Counted from the stretch's first letter, positions 51,815 to 63,164 are shown. The stretch: 64,000 bases of DNA from an uncultured Alteromonadaceae bacterium (GCA_964454155.1 CAYVQI010000001.1:4844-68843), one strand, 5' to 3'. The notes: generated by a model not told the origin, from the letters alone. Program-made: numbers and translations.

Positions 51815-53056
51815 TTAGACTCGCTCGATAATAATAGCGGGAGCCATTCCGCCTGCTGCGCACATGGTAATCAACGCATAGCGCTTCTGCTGGCGCTCGA
51901 GCTCATCAAGCGCAGTGCCCACAAGAATCGATCCTGTTGCGCCAATCGGGTGGCCCAACGCCATAGCACCACCGTTGATATTCACCTTCTCACGGTCAAG
52001 GTCTAGTCTGCGAATGAACCGTTCCGCCACCACGGCGAACGCTTCGTTAATTTCCCAGACGTCAATGTCGTCTTTGGTGAGACCTGCTTTCATGAGTACT
52101 TTCTCCGCCGCAGGTACCGGCGCATTCAGCATCAGCGTTGGGCAGTCTCCCATATTCGCTGTTGCAACAATGCGCGCACGTGGCGTCATTCCGGTCTTCT
52201 TCATGTAGGACTCTGACGCCAACAAAAGTGCCGCGGCACCGTCAACGACACCGGATGAATTACCCGCGTGGTGAATATGATTGAACGCTGTGATCTCAGG
52301 GTACTTTTGTTGAATCAATGCGCCATAGGTGGTCCCTTGCTCGTCGATCGGCACATCACGCACAACACTGAACACGGTCTTGAGCTCGGAGAGACCCTCT
52401 CTCGTCGTCTGCGGACGCGGAAACTCTTCATGATCGAGCGCCACAGTGCCATCAGGATTTTTTACCGTGATTAACGACTTATCAAAGCGTCCTTCTGCAA
52501 TCGCACGCGCCGCGCGCGCTTGACTGACCATTGCAAGATTGTCGACAGCATCGCGATCGATCCCCTCAAGCGTTGCAATGGCGTCTGCACAGACGCCTTG
52601 CTGCGACTGGGGATGCAGAGCTCGCAGTTCTAGATTGCCCGAATCAATCATGGGCGGCTTCGTCGGGTCGCCCGTTTGCCCGTGGTAGCTCATCATTTCG
52701 GTACCGCCGGCCACAACAAGATCTTCCATACCGGACATGATTTGCGCCGCTGCTAAGTTGACCGTCGTAATACCGGAGCCGCAGAAGCGATCGAGCGTCA
52801 CACCCGATGACCGCACATCGTAACCCGCGTTCAGCGCGGCCATACGGCCTAAATCACCGCCTTGCTTCCCGCTTTGCGACGACGTCCCCCAGATAATGTC
52901 ATCGACTTCGGCCGTGTTGAGCGCGTTGCGTTCGGCCAGCGCACTAAGCACCGTCGATCCAAGGTATGAGGGGTGAAGGTGTGCAAGTGCACCCTTACCG
53001 ACTTTACCAACACCTCGCGGTGTCCGACATGCGTCTACAATGTATGCGTTGCCCAT
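51815..53056 (-). CDS. Acetyl-CoA C-acyltransferase (thiolase)
   Basis: RFCGSG, EINEAF, GHPIGATG, MCAAGG; RBS AGGAG. Confidence 0.93.
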   Translation of the reverse strand: MGNAYIVDACRTPRGVGKVGKGALAHLHPSYLGSTVLSALAERNALNTAEVDDIIWGTSSQSGKQGGDLGRMAALNAGYDVRSSGVTLDRFCGSGITTVNLAAAQIMSGMEDLVVAGGTEMMSYHGQTGDPTKPPMIDSGNLELRALHPQSQQGVCADAIATLEGIDRDAVDNLAMVSQARAARAIAEGRFDKSLITVKNPDGTVALDHEEFPRPQTTREGLSELKTVFSVVRDVPIDEQGTTYGALIQQKYPEITAFNHIHHAGNSSGVVDGAAALLLASESYMKKTGMTPRARIVATANMGDCPTLMLNAPVPAAEKVLMKAGLTKDDIDVWEINEAFAVVAERFIRRLDLDREKVNINGGAMALGHPIGATGSILVGTALDELERQQKRYALITMCAAGGMAPAIIIERV

Positions 53057-53201
53057 AGTCAATCTCCTTAGAGTGAGTGTTCAGCGCGTTTCATCGCGCG
53101 CTTTTTCATCATCATGGCTCATTCGTCCATTTCAGTGCCGGCTTACGCTACGTTGCCCTCTCAGAGGGGTCAAGTGCCACCGAGTTCGACGTGCAATGTG
53201 T

Positions 53202-54179
53202 TTACCGGACAAACGCGCAGGCATTTTCCAATAGCGCACGTTCGTCTGAATCTAATACCGGGTCGTCGGCCGCGTCGATGCACTCCAGTAACTCACGACG
53301 ATTCTTAACCCCTAACACCACGGACCCAATATCTTGGATTGACAAGGCATAACGATGCGCCAATCGCGCCGGTGTTTGTCCCCAGTCTGACGCCAGTGCG
53401 CGGAAATCCGCTGCCCGCTCAAAATCCATTTGATCTGCATCGTCAGTGGGGAGCACTCTGTCCATTGCTGACGTCAATGCCCCCGCCTGAACCGCCCGAA
53501 TAGCGAGCGCGGGCACGTCATGTTGCCGGCACGCCTCTAAGACGCGTCGACCATCAAACCCGTCAGTCACGTAGCCAATATTTCCCGCAGAATTGAGTGG
53601 ATTCACAACGCATTGGACTGCCGTTGGGGGCTTATGATGTGCAATCGCTTTTTCCAGTGCCGACTCTTGACCGAGTGCGAATCCCCAGCCTCCAATTTTG
53701 CCCTCACCTTGCAAGCGCTCAAAAGCCGGAATAACCGACTCGAGAAAGTAGCTCAACGGTGTGGCGATGCGGTCGCGCAGCTCATCGTGCTGCGGCAACG
53801 CATAGTGGTCTTCAATGAGTTGCGAGTGCAGGAAAAACAAGTCGGCTCGCTCAATGCCCATCGTTTGAAGCGAGCGCGTCAAGGACGCGTTGAGCTTGTC
53901 GTAGACTGCCTCCGGCGCAACCCACCCTAAGCGGTACTTCGTGGTAAAGCGAAAGTTCGATTTGTCAGCCCCTCGAAATGCCTCACCAATGACTTTTTCC
54001 GCCTCACCGCGGCCGTACATAGGTGCCATATCGAAATGATTAATGCCTTTATCAGCGGCGAGTCGTGCCGTAGCTACGGCCTCCTCTCGGGTGGTGTCGC
54101 CCCAAATCTGACCCAAACCACCGCCGCCAAGTGTCAGTGCACTGACGCTACCAAACGGCCTGAATTGCCTTCTTTCCAC
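53202..54179 (-). CDS. Aldo/keto reductase
   Basis: GINHFDMAPMYG, FTTK, DLFFLH catalytic tetrad. Confidence 0.88.
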   Translation of the reverse strand: MERRQFRPFGSVSALTLGGGGLGQIWGDTTREEAVATARLAADKGINHFDMAPMYGRGEAEKVIGEAFRGADKSNFRFTTKYRLGWVAPEAVYDKLNASLTRSLQTMGIERADLFFLHSQLIEDHYALPQHDELRDRIATPLSYFLESVIPAFERLQGEGKIGGWGFALGQESALEKAIAHHKPPTAVQCVVNPLNSAGNIGYVTDGFDGRRVLEACRQHDVPALAIRAVQAGALTSAMDRVLPTDDADQMDFERAADFRALASDWGQTPARLAHRYALSIQDIGSVVLGVKNRRELLECIDAADDPVLDSDERALLENACAFVR

Positions 54180-54287
54180 GGAACACTCCCACCCTCACAT
54201 TGATCCGTGAGGCTAAGGAGTTGGCGGTTAAAGGTCAAATGAGGCAATGGGACCCCGTAGCAGCCCAGGGCCCCTCGTGCAGACCGC

Positions 54288-55643
54288 TTAAGCGGCGTCA
54301 ATGATGGCCAATAGCTCCTGCGTTTTCTCCGCCATGAGAGTGACATCACCTCGCGATTCAACGTTGAGTCGCACCACCGGCTCAGTATTGGACATGCGCA
54401 GATTAAAGCGCCAGTCCTTGAAACTCACACTCAGTCCGTCGAGGTGTTCAACCGCCTCTGCACCCGCCGCGTAGCGTGACTCAACCTGAGCGATCAGCGC
54501 CAATGCATCGACCACTGTTCGATTGATCTCACCGGAACAGGGAAAGGCGTGGGTTCGTTCCTCGACCAGCGACGCCAGCGTCTTGCCGGTGTTCGACATA
54601 ATCTCCGCAACCAATAACCAGGGAATCATCCCACTGTCACAGTAAGCAAAGTCACGAAAGTAATGGTGTGCGCTCATTTCTCCGCCGTAGACCGCATCGA
54701 CGCGACGCATGGTTTCCTTAATGAACGCATGCCCTGTTTTGCTTTGCTCGGTTGAGCCGCCGGACATCTTTGCAATATCCATGGTGTTCCAGGTCAGACG
54801 CGGGTCGTGGACCACAGTCTCACCAGACGACTTAGCCAAGAACGACGCCGCCAATAAACCCACCACATAGTAACCCTCAATGAAGGCACCCGTGTGGTCG
54901 TAGAAGAAGCAGCGGTCAAAGTCGCCATCCCAGGCAATACCGATATCTGCGCCGGTTTCTCGCACCAAGGTTGCCGAGGCCACTCGGTTTTCTTCAAGCA
55001 TGGGATTGGGCACACCGTTGGGGAAGTGACCGTCGGCCTCATGGTGTAATTTGATAAACTCAAACGGCAAGTGCGGTTCCAACAAATCAACAATGGGTCC
55101 TGCGCCACCATTACCCGCGGTACACACAATCTTCAACGGCTTGAGCGCCTTGACGTCGACGTAGCTCAGGAGGTGGGCAATGTAGGCCTCACTCACATCC
55201 ACGGCTTGTAACGTACCGCGCTGTGCCGCGGGCGAAAAGTCGTTGCTCTCTGCCTGACTTTGAATTTCCTTGAGACCCGAGTCGCCCGAAATAGGTTTTG
55301 ATTCGGCACGAACAAACTTCATGCCGTTGTAATCTTTGGGGTTGTGGCTGGCGGTCACACAAATACCCCCACCCACCTTGAGGTGTGATGTCGCAAAATA
55401 AATTTCTTCGGTACCGCACTGCCCAATATCGAACACGTCGACGCCTTGCGTGAGGAGTCCCTCCACCAAGGCTGCCTTCATCGACTCAGAGGTGAGGCGA
55501 ATATCGTGCCCCACCACCACTGTACCGGGCTCAATCACCTGCGCGTACGCGCGCCCAATGCGCGTCGCAATACCCTCATTAAGTTCGTCAGGCACACGCC
55601 CGCGGACATCGTAAGACTTAAAACAGCGAATCGGCTCTGGCAC
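54288..55643 (-). CDS. manB: Phosphomannomutase (ManB/CpsG)
   Basis: FKSYDVRG, TASHNP, WDGDFDR, GGEMSAHHYF, RMSNTEP. GTG start after GGAG. Confidence 0.93.
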   Translation of the reverse strand: MPEPIRCFKSYDVRGRVPDELNEGIATRIGRAYAQVIEPGTVVVGHDIRLTSESMKAALVEGLLTQGVDVFDIGQCGTEEIYFATSHLKVGGGICVTASHNPKDYNGMKFVRAESKPISGDSGLKEIQSQAESNDFSPAAQRGTLQAVDVSEAYIAHLLSYVDVKALKPLKIVCTAGNGGAGPIVDLLEPHLPFEFIKLHHEADGHFPNGVPNPMLEENRVASATLVRETGADIGIAWDGDFDRCFFYDHTGAFIEGYYVVGLLAASFLAKSSGETVVHDPRLTWNTMDIAKMSGGSTEQSKTGHAFIKETMRRVDAVYGGEMSAHHYFRDFAYCDSGMIPWLLVAEIMSNTGKTLASLVEERTHAFPCSGEINRTVVDALALIAQVESRYAAGAEAVEHLDGLSVSFKDWRFNLRMSNTEPVVRLNVESRGDVTLMAEKTQELLAIIDAA

Positions 55644-55666
55644 AACGTGGCTCCCTTTCGTAAGAC

Positions 55667-56488
55667 TCAATACAGGTTTTCAAACACAAAGTTGGTGGCT
55701 TCGACAAAACCGGGAACACTGCCGCAGTCAAAGCGTTGGCCCTGAAACTTATAAGCCAGAACGCAGCCCTTATTGGCTTGTATTTGCAGTGCGTCGGTGA
55801 TTTGCACCTCGCCGTTGCGGCCCGGTGGCGTCTCTCGAATAATGTCAAAAATATCGGGCGTCAGTATATAACGGCCAATGACGGCAAGATTGGACGGCGC
55901 GTCCTCTGGAGCCGGTTTTTCCACCATTTTATCGACTCGGTAAAGACCATCACCCATGGCTTCTCCCGAAATCACGCCGTAAGCGCTAATCTGATCATCC
56001 GGCACTTCCATGACGGCCACGATCGAACAACGAAACTGGTTATACAGCTCCGACATTTGCGCGAGCACCCCAGCCCCTTGCTGGTTAACACACATATCAT
56101 CGGCAAGCAGCACACCAAAGGCTTGATCGCCGATCAGCGGCTCACCGGTCAAAATCGCGTGCCCAAGACCTTTCATCTCGCGCTGGCGCACCATCGTGAA
56201 GATGCCGCGATCAATGACGTCGCGAATGCCCTCGAGGTACTTCTCTTTCGACGTGCCGGAAATTTGATGCTCAAGCTCATAGGAGATATCAAAATGATCC
56301 GCAATCGCTCGTTTCCCTCGCCCAGTCACAAACGCACAGTTGTTCATGCCCGCCTCGAGCGCCTCTTCCACCCCATACTGGAGCAGTGGCTTATTGACCA
56401 CGGGCAACATTTCCTTGGGCGTGCTTTTCGTTGCGGGAAGGAAGCGTGTGCCGTAGCCGGCGACGGGAAACATGCACTTTTTAATCAT
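55667..56488 (-). CDS. galU: UTP-glucose-1-phosphate uridylyltransferase
   Basis: PVAGYGTRFLPATK..PKEMLP, GLGHA, VEKP, GEVQITDAL. Confidence 0.95.
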   Translation of the reverse strand: MIKKCMFPVAGYGTRFLPATKSTPKEMLPVVNKPLLQYGVEEALEAGMNNCAFVTGRGKRAIADHFDISYELEHQISGTSKEKYLEGIRDVIDRGIFTMVRQREMKGLGHAILTGEPLIGDQAFGVLLADDMCVNQQGAGVLAQMSELYNQFRCSIVAVMEVPDDQISAYGVISGEAMGDGLYRVDKMVEKPAPEDAPSNLAVIGRYILTPDIFDIIRETPPGRNGEVQITDALQIQANKGCVLAYKFQGQRFDCGSVPGFVEATNFVFENLY

Positions 56489-56523
56489 TACTAATCTCCA
56501 AAATTCTTGGCTAAATCGAGACC

Positions 56524-57933
56524 TTATCGGCCATAGTCGTCGTCGAATCGAACGATATCATCTTCACCAAAGTAGCTTCCCGTTTGCACTTCTATCAGTT
56601 CCAACGGGACAGCACCCGCGTTACTCAATCGATGCTGAGTCGCCACTGGCACGAAAGTGGACTGGTCCTTAACCAAGGTCATTGTCTGAGCACCGTTGAT
56701 CACCTCTGCCGCGCCTCGCACAACCACCCAATGCTCTGCACGATGGTGATGCATCTGCAACGAAAGCTGCTGACCCGGATTGACGACAATACGTTTCACT
56801 TGGAACCCATCACCCACAATCAGTGACTCGTAAAAACCCCAGGGTCGAAAGACTCGGTGATGCGCATCCGCCTCGCTTCGCTGCTGAGACTTCAACATGC
56901 TTACAATATTCTTAACGTCCTGTACCGAGTGGCGATCTGCCACCATTACTGCATCGACCGTTTCAACCACCACCAAGTCGCTGACACCAGAAGTCGTCAC
57001 CAAACGCGACTGACTCCGCACATAGCTGTTGCGCGTGTTATCAAGAACCACATCACCGTATGTGACATTCCCTTCACCGTCTTTACCGCCCGTGTCCCAC
57101 AGCGCGGACCACGCACCAATATCACTCCAATCACAATCCAGTGACACAACAACGCCGTCTGTCGTGTGCTCCATGACTGCGTAATCAATACTTTCAGAGG
57201 GGCAATTGGCAAACGCCTTCGAGTCAGGCCTAACAAAGTTCATATCACTTTCAGAATGTGCCATCGCGGCGCGGCAAGCGGCCACTATCGTGGGTTGAAA
57301 CTCAGACAAAGCGTCCAAAAAGCGGCCTGCCTTAAACAAAAACATGCCGCTGTTCCAAACGTACTCCCCCGAGTCAAGATAGCCTTTAGCCAAAACCTCA
57401 CTGGGCTTTTCAACGAACTGATCAAGAACGGCCACGTTGCCAGACAGTGTCTCGCCACGCTTGATGTACCCGTAACCCGTCTCCGCACGGGTGGGCACCA
57501 GCCCAAAGGTCACGAGCTTGGTGTGCAATGCGACGTCCAATGCCTCTTTGATAGCCGCTCGCAAGTGTTCAGGACGCCCAATGTAATGATCCGCGGGAAG
57601 CACCAAGAGCGCACTGTCGGGATTGGTGGCAGAGGCGACAAGTGCCGCCAACGCAATAGCCGGCGCCGTGTTCTTTCCTTCGGGCTCTAAAATAATCCTG
57701 GCCGACTCAATTCCGATCTGCCGAGTTTGCTCAGCAACCAAAAATCGGTGCTCCTCGTTACACACGATAATCGGCGGTGCCTGATCCAGACCTTCAAGTC
57801 TTTTCAGTGTTTGCTGGAGCATTGAATCTTCGCCAATCAAATTCAAATACTGCTTAGGTCGACCTTGTCTCGAGACCGGCCAGAGGCGACTTCCCACGCC
57901 TCCGCAAAGCAAAACTGGTACGATTTGACTCAT
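56524..57933 (-). CDS. manC: Mannose-1-phosphate guanylyltransferase/mannose-6-phosphate isomerase
   Basis: GGVGSRLWPVSR..PKQ, FVEKP, WNSGMF, SIDYAVME, C-terminal cupin SLQMHHHRAEHW. Confidence 0.94.
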   Translation of the reverse strand: MSQIVPVLLCGGVGSRLWPVSRQGRPKQYLNLIGEDSMLQQTLKRLEGLDQAPPIIVCNEEHRFLVAEQTRQIGIESARIILEPEGKNTAPAIALAALVASATNPDSALLVLPADHYIGRPEHLRAAIKEALDVALHTKLVTFGLVPTRAETGYGYIKRGETLSGNVAVLDQFVEKPSEVLAKGYLDSGEYVWNSGMFLFKAGRFLDALSEFQPTIVAACRAAMAHSESDMNFVRPDSKAFANCPSESIDYAVMEHTTDGVVVSLDCDWSDIGAWSALWDTGGKDGEGNVTYGDVVLDNTRNSYVRSQSRLVTTSGVSDLVVVETVDAVMVADRHSVQDVKNIVSMLKSQQRSEADAHHRVFRPWGFYESLIVGDGFQVKRIVVNPGQQLSLQMHHHRAEHWVVVRGAAEVINGAQTMTLVKDQSTFVPVATQHRLSNAGAVPLELIEVQTGSYFGEDDIVRFDDDYGR

Positions 57934-58138
57934 GAACGTCCCCAATACGACCTGACAAATACCGAAACCAGCGTACGAGTGAGATTATAACGAAAGAGTT
58001 TATATCATCTTCATTACAACTTATGGCGAGCCCACACAATGGCAGACATTTACATCTATACGCCTACAATTGTGACATCCTCCACTCCTCTGTCTCAAAG
58101 CAGATGCAAGTCACAGCGCTCCGCGGTATTCTTACACC

Positions 58139-58672
58139 ATGAGTGATGAATTTGTGTTTACCCCCCAGAGTTCCTACGCCAAAGACGAGTTAGTCGCCTG
58201 TGGCATGGGTGATTTATTCGGTCCCGGCAACGCGAAGTTGCCGATTGATAACATGTTGATGCTCGATCGCATTGCAGAGATCAATAGTGACGGCGGCAAG
58301 GCCGGCAAAGGTCTGATTTTGGCCGAGCTCGACATACACCCGGACTTGTGGTTTTTCGACTGCCATTTCCCCGGTGACCCCGTCATGCCAGGCTGTCTCG
58401 GTCTTGACGCCATGTGGCAGCTGGTCGGCTTTTTCTTGGGGTGGCGCGGTAACCCCGGACGAGGACGTGCGCTGGGGTCCGGCGAAGTTAAGTTTACGGG
58501 GCAAATTCTGCCAACCAGTAAGCGGGTCACGTACAAAATTGAAATGAAGCGCGTCATTGAGCGAAAGCTCGTGATGGGCATTGCTGACGGCTCGGTTTCA
58601 GTCGACGGCAGAGAAATTTACACCGCCACTGACCTCCGGGTTGGTTTGTTTCAATCGACGGAAAACTTCTAA
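58139..58672 (+). CDS. fabA: 3-hydroxydecanoyl-ACP dehydratase/isomerase
   Basis: [24 protein letters not shown]. Confidence 0.97.
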   Translation: MSDEFVFTPQSSYAKDELVACGMGDLFGPGNAKLPIDNMLMLDRIAEINSDGGKAGKGLILAELDIHPDLWFFDCHFPGDPVMPGCLGLDAMWQLVGFFLGWRGNPGRGRALGSGEVKFTGQILPTSKRVTYKIEMKRVIERKLVMGIADGSVSVDGREIYTATDLRVGLFQSTENF

Positions 58673-59895
58673 TGACAAAGCGTGTGGTGGTAACGGGCTT
58701 GGGCATCGTCTCGAGCCTTGGAAATAATGCTGAAGAAGTCACAGAGTCGCTGAAGCAGGGCAAGTCAGGCATCACCTACAGTGCAGCCCAAGAAGAAATC
58801 GGCATGCGCTCCTGGGTATCCGGAAAGCCCAACATTGATCTCTCCGAACATATCGATCGAAAGCAATGGCGATTTATGGGCGACGCTGCGGGCTACGCGT
58901 TTTTGAGTATGGAACAAGCAATCGCAGATTCGGGACTGACGCCGGAGCAAGTGTCTAACGTTCGCACCGGAATCATTGCAGGCTCAGGCGGCGCTTCATC
59001 AGCAAGCCAAGTTGAGGCTGCCGATATTTTACGCGAGCGTGGATTGCGCCGAGTCGGGCCCTACCGTGTCACCCAGACCATGGGCAGCACCGTGTCTGCG
59101 TGCTTGGCGACGCCATTTCAAATTAAAGGCGTCAATTACTCGATCTCATCTGCTTGCTCCACCAGTGCGCACTGCATTGGTAATGCGATGGAGCAAATCC
59201 AGCTCGGCAAACAAGACGTTGTATTCGCCGGTGGTGGCGAAGAGCTCGACTGGTCGCTGAGCTGTCTCTTTGATGCCATGGGTGCGCTGTCCACCAAGTA
59301 CAACGAAACGCCCGATTGTGCATCGCGCGCCTACGATGCGGATCGTGACGGATTCGTGATCGCGGGCGGCGGCGGCATGTTGGTATTGGAGTCGCTCGAG
59401 CACGCGCAAGCCCGTGGTGCGCAAATTTACGCCGAGCTCGTAGGCTACGGAGCAACGTCGGACGGGCACGACATGGTCGCGCCCTCCGGTGAAGGCGCCG
59501 TTCGCTGCATGCAACAGGCCATGGCAACGGTCGATGGCGACATTGATTACATCAATGCTCACGGGACCAGCACACCCGCCGGTGACATACAGGAGCTGAA
59601 GGCAGTTCGTGAAGTCTTTGGTAATACGACGCCTGCGATTGCGTCAACTAAATCACTGTCGGGCCACTCTCTAGGGGCTGCAGGTGTTCAGGAAGCTATT
59701 TATTCGCTCTTAATGCTGCAAAACAACTTTATTGCCGCGTCCGCTAATGTCGATAACTTAGACGATGGTGCAGAGGGCATGGACGTGGTGCGTGAAGCGC
59801 GTGATGACGTTCACCTCAATCGAGTCATGTCCAACAGCTTTGGCTTTGGCGGGACCAATGCAACGCTGGTGTTCCAGCGCTTTGATCGGGCGTAA
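58672..59895 (+). CDS. fabB: Beta-ketoacyl-ACP synthase I
   Basis: [28 protein letters not shown]; coupled to fabA. Confidence 0.96.
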   Translation: MTKRVVVTGLGIVSSLGNNAEEVTESLKQGKSGITYSAAQEEIGMRSWVSGKPNIDLSEHIDRKQWRFMGDAAGYAFLSMEQAIADSGLTPEQVSNVRTGIIAGSGGASSASQVEAADILRERGLRRVGPYRVTQTMGSTVSACLATPFQIKGVNYSISSACSTSAHCIGNAMEQIQLGKQDVVFAGGGEELDWSLSCLFDAMGALSTKYNETPDCASRAYDADRDGFVIAGGGGMLVLESLEHAQARGAQIYAELVGYGATSDGHDMVAPSGEGAVRCMQQAMATVDGDIDYINAHGTSTPAGDIQELKAVREVFGNTTPAIASTKSLSGHSLGAAGVQEAIYSLLMLQNNFIAASANVDNLDDGAEGMDVVREARDDVHLNRVMSNSFGFGGTNATLVFQRFDRA

Positions 59896-59926
59896 ACAGC
59901 CTAGCGCTCGAAAGCTTGTCCCGTCG

Positions 59927-60427
59927 TTAAATCTGGCCCTTTAGCACCTTCGAGAAATTACAGGGTCGGTGTTCTGCATCCAACTGATCTTTGATGACCC
60001 CGTTCCAGGCCGTCTTGCACGCACCCGTCGATCCCGGCATGCAAAATACAGCGGTTCGATTGGCCAGCCCCGCGATGGCGCGAGACTGAACGGTTGATGA
60101 GCCTATTTCTTGCAAACTGAGCGCACGAAACACCTCACCAAAACCGTCGATCGTCTTATCAAACAACGGTAAGACGGCCTCAGGCGTCGAATCTCGCCCC
60201 GAAAATCCGGTACCGCCAGTCACTAAAATCGCGTGTAACGTCGAGTCAGCGATCCAAGCCGACAAACGCGCTCGAATCTGATAAATGTCGTCAACCACAA
60301 TGGCACGACTCGCCAATACATGACCGGCCTCCAACAGCGCGTCCTCAAGAAACTGACCCGATGTGTCCGTATCAGCCGTTCGCGTATCGCTTACGGTCAA
60401 CACTGCAATATTTAATCCATCACTCAT
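59927..60427 (-). CDS. moaB: Molybdenum cofactor biosynthesis protein B
   Basis: VLTVSDTR, TGGTG..RDSTPEA, QSRA, PGS, HRPCNF. Confidence 0.92.
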   Translation of the reverse strand: MSDGLNIAVLTVSDTRTADTDTSGQFLEDALLEAGHVLASRAIVVDDIYQIRARLSAWIADSTLHAILVTGGTGFSGRDSTPEAVLPLFDKTIDGFGEVFRALSLQEIGSSTVQSRAIAGLANRTAVFCMPGSTGACKTAWNGVIKDQLDAEHRPCNFSKVLKGQI

Positions 60428-61317
60428 GATTTTTCGATCACTCCCTCGCCTTCAACGTATAACTCCAAATAACGGGTGACCGCTCGCTCAATAAAGTGAC
60501 GCCACGGCAGTTGCTGTATCCCAAATTCGCGCCGAATCTTGCTGCAATCGAGGGTGTGATTCCGCAAGGGTCTGGACTCGTCTGTCACGTCGTGCAGCAA
60601 CTCACTGGCACTCGCCAACGGCGCATATTGCGAGGCGCACGCCATGGCCGCCTCTGCAAAGTCCATGTACCCGGTTTCCCCAAGACTGCAGTAATGAAAA
60701 ACACCGTGCCTATCCGCTCCAACACTCATCTGGTCGAGAATGCCCATACAGACGCGCGCGACTTCGCCAACATGCACCGGGTTACCCTGCAAACGATCGG
60801 AAACACGCACCGCCTGGCCCCGCCGAAGTGCATCGAGCGATGTGCATAACGCATTAGGACGCCGCCCAGCAAATAAACGCCCCAGTCGCAGTATCAATAC
60901 GTCATCCAATCGCGCTGTAAGTGCCTCTTCGATATCGATTAAGACGCGGCCCAAGCCGGACGTCACATCGGGCGTGTCACTCTCAAGGTAGGGACGCGTC
61001 ATTTGTCCTGAAAAAACAAAAGCACTGGATAAGTAAAAATAACTTGCACCCACTCGCTCGCAAGCCTCTGCGAGCCAGACGGTCCGCTCCACGTCTCGGT
61101 GGTCTATGCGTTGCGACGAATCGATTTGGGTCACTATTCGTGCATCGAGAACAATGTCTGGCGCGGTGTCCCGCACCAACCGGCGTGCTTTTCGTTCGCG
61201 ACTCCAGCGCGTCTTATCAAGGCTTACGCCAATAAGCTCGTGCCGCCTGAGCGGACTTGCAAACGCACTAACAGAATAACCAACGGGTGTGTCGTTGCCG
61301 AGAACCAATACACGCAT
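60424..61317 (-). CDS. RmlD-like sugar-nucleotide-binding protein with degenerate catalytic motifs
   Basis: SSAFVFSG, YLESD, GNPVH, GVFHY, LDCSKI...FGIQ..PW. Confidence 0.8.
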   Translation of the reverse strand: MRVLVLGNDTPVGYSVSAFASPLRRHELIGVSLDKTRWSRERKARRLVRDTAPDIVLDARIVTQIDSSQRIDHRDVERTVWLAEACERVGASYFYLSSAFVFSGQMTRPYLESDTPDVTSGLGRVLIDIEEALTARLDDVLILRLGRLFAGRRPNALCTSLDALRRGQAVRVSDRLQGNPVHVGEVARVCMGILDQMSVGADRHGVFHYCSLGETGYMDFAEAAMACASQYAPLASASELLHDVTDESRPLRNHTLDCSKIRREFGIQQLPWRHFIERAVTRYLELYVEGEGVIEKS

Positions 61318-61367
61318 TAACTGCGGCTACCTCTCAAGACCCGCAACGTCTTCCCAGAACCATCCCA

Positions 61368-61847
61368 TTAAAATGGAATGTCGTCTTCTGGAAAGTCCGC
61401 AGGTTGTGATGTGGGCGTCGGTGCGGCGTAGTTGTCGTTAGACGAAGCCTGAGCCATTGGGGCGGGTGACGGACTCGGCGTATAGCCACCACCGTCTTGT
61501 GACATATTTCGGCTGTCTAGCATTTGCATTTCGTTCGCCACAATTTCCGTTGAGTAGCGGTCTTGTCCTGACTGATCTTGCCACTTGCGGGTTCGCAATG
61601 ACCCCTCGACATAGACCTTAGAGCCCTTCCTCAAGTACTCGGCGGCAATCTCTGCCAAACGATTAAAAAACACCACCCGGTGCCATTCTGTCCGCTCTTG
61701 CGGTTGCCCGGTATTTTTGTCCTTCCAAGACTCCGAGGTCGCAATACTGATGTTGGTCACACCGCCACCTGACGGCAACACACGATGCTCGGGTTCATTA
61801 CCCAAGTTGCCGACCAAAATTACTTTGTTAATGCCTCGAGTAGCCAT
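61368..61847 (-). CDS. ssb: Single-stranded DNA-binding protein
   Basis: [19 protein letters not shown]-terminal DDIPF. Confidence 0.97.
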   Translation of the reverse strand: MATRGINKVILVGNLGNEPEHRVLPSGGGVTNISIATSESWKDKNTGQPQERTEWHRVVFFNRLAEIAAEYLRKGSKVYVEGSLRTRKWQDQSGQDRYSTEIVANEMQMLDSRNMSQDGGGYTPSPSPAPMAQASSNDNYAAPTPTSQPADFPEDDIPF

Positions 61848-61967
61848 CGTATTCTCCTGTATCGCCCGCCTTACATGGAATTTTGAAGGCACGGGACGCT
61901 ATGGCGTTATTAACCGTGAAAGCACTATACCAATCCCACAGGGTCTCGGGGAGAGCTATCGGAGTCT

Positions 61968-63164
61968 TTATGTGGCTTCGAACGAAATTGGTGACGCCAA
62001 ACGCGACACACTCAATAAAAAGACCCACCCGAGGGCCAGCACCGACAACCCCAACCAAACACCAATGACGCCAAACGTTTCAAGCAGCGCGCCGCCCAAC
62101 ACTCCGCCGAAAAAGACCCCACTAAATTGCGAAGAGGCAAAGACACCCATTGCCGTTCCACGAGAATCGACCGGTGCGTAAATTGACGCAAGCGACGGTA
62201 ACATCGCCTCGAGCGCCGTAAATCCTGTAAAAAATAGCAATAACCCAAACAGTGTGGCCGCTGGGCCGCCAATCGCCAGCGACATCAGGCCGACCCACAA
62301 GACACCCAAGCACGTCAGTAAGGTCCCGGTGGGCGCAGTCATGTAACGACGTCCTTGAATCAACCAATAGATTCCGGGGACTGCGAGCACCAGCGCCCCC
62401 AAATAAACCCAAGCGTGATGTTCTCGGGAAATATTGGCCTGAGTCTCAAGGCTTGAGGGCACCACCACAAACACGGCCATCAATATGAAGTGTAGAAAAA
62501 AGATACTCAGATACATCGTATTCAACGACTTAATGGACAGCACATCAGCCAAGCGAGATCGGTTAAAACCAGCACCCTCCTCGCGATGTGCTCGTTGAAC
62601 GCGCTGTGGTTTGGGCAGGAATGCAACGACCACTATTCCCGCAAGCGCTAGAGCGCCAGTTGCGGCAAATACCAACTGTAGACCACCGAAATTTGCAAAT
62701 GTTGGGCCCAAGACCAAGGCCAAACCAAAAGCAATCGCAATGCTCCCACCAATAATTGCGCTGGCCTTGGCGCGCTGCTCAACCCGCGTGTAATCGGCTA
62801 CCAGCGCCATGGTCGCTGATGCAATCGCGCCTGCGCCCTGCAAAAAACGCCCACCAATAACCCCCCAAATCGACGTCGACAACGCGGCAACCACGCTTCC
62901 CGCTACGAGCAGTAACAGACCAAACACGATGACCCAACGACGATCAATATGATCTGACAGCCAGCCCATAGGAATCTGCAACACGGCCTGCGTCAGTCCA
63001 TAGGCACCAACCGCCAACCCCAACAAAAATGGCGTCGCGCCGACCATGTCAGCGCTGTAAATAGAAATCAGGGGGAGCACCATAAACAACCCCAGCATGC
63101 GCACAACATACAGGGTTGCGAGCATCGAGACGGCGCGCGTTTCATTGGCAGAAAAAGACGTCAC
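61968..63164 (-). CDS. MFS transporter (YajR-like)
   Basis: RMLGLFMVLP, QIPMGWLSD, GRFLQGAGAI; conserved position between uvrA and ssb. Confidence 0.88.
   Translation of the reverse strand: MTSFSANETRAVSMLATLYVVRMLGLFMVLPLISIYSADMVGATPFLLGLAVGAYGLTQAVLQIPMGWLSDHIDRRWVIVFGLLLLVAGSVVAALSTSIWGVIGGRFLQGAGAIASATMALVADYTRVEQRAKASAIIGGSIAIAFGLALVLGPTFANFGGLQLVFAATGALALAGIVVVAFLPKPQRVQRAHREEGAGFNRSRLADVLSIKSLNTMYLSIFFLHFILMAVFVVVPSSLETQANISREHHAWVYLGALVLAVPGIYWLIQGRRYMTAPTGTLLTCLGVLWVGLMSLAIGGPAATLFGLLLFFTGFTALEAMLPSLASIYAPVDSRGTAMGVFASSQFSGVFFGGVLGGALLETFGVIGVWLGLSVLALGWVFLLSVSRLASPISFEAT

Noticed and set aside
55736-56494. Long antisense ORFs (252 aa opposite galU; also 7908..8621, 23193..23738 and 57166..57690)
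   Set aside because: They are shadow frames of well-supported genes, with no motifs or RBS support.
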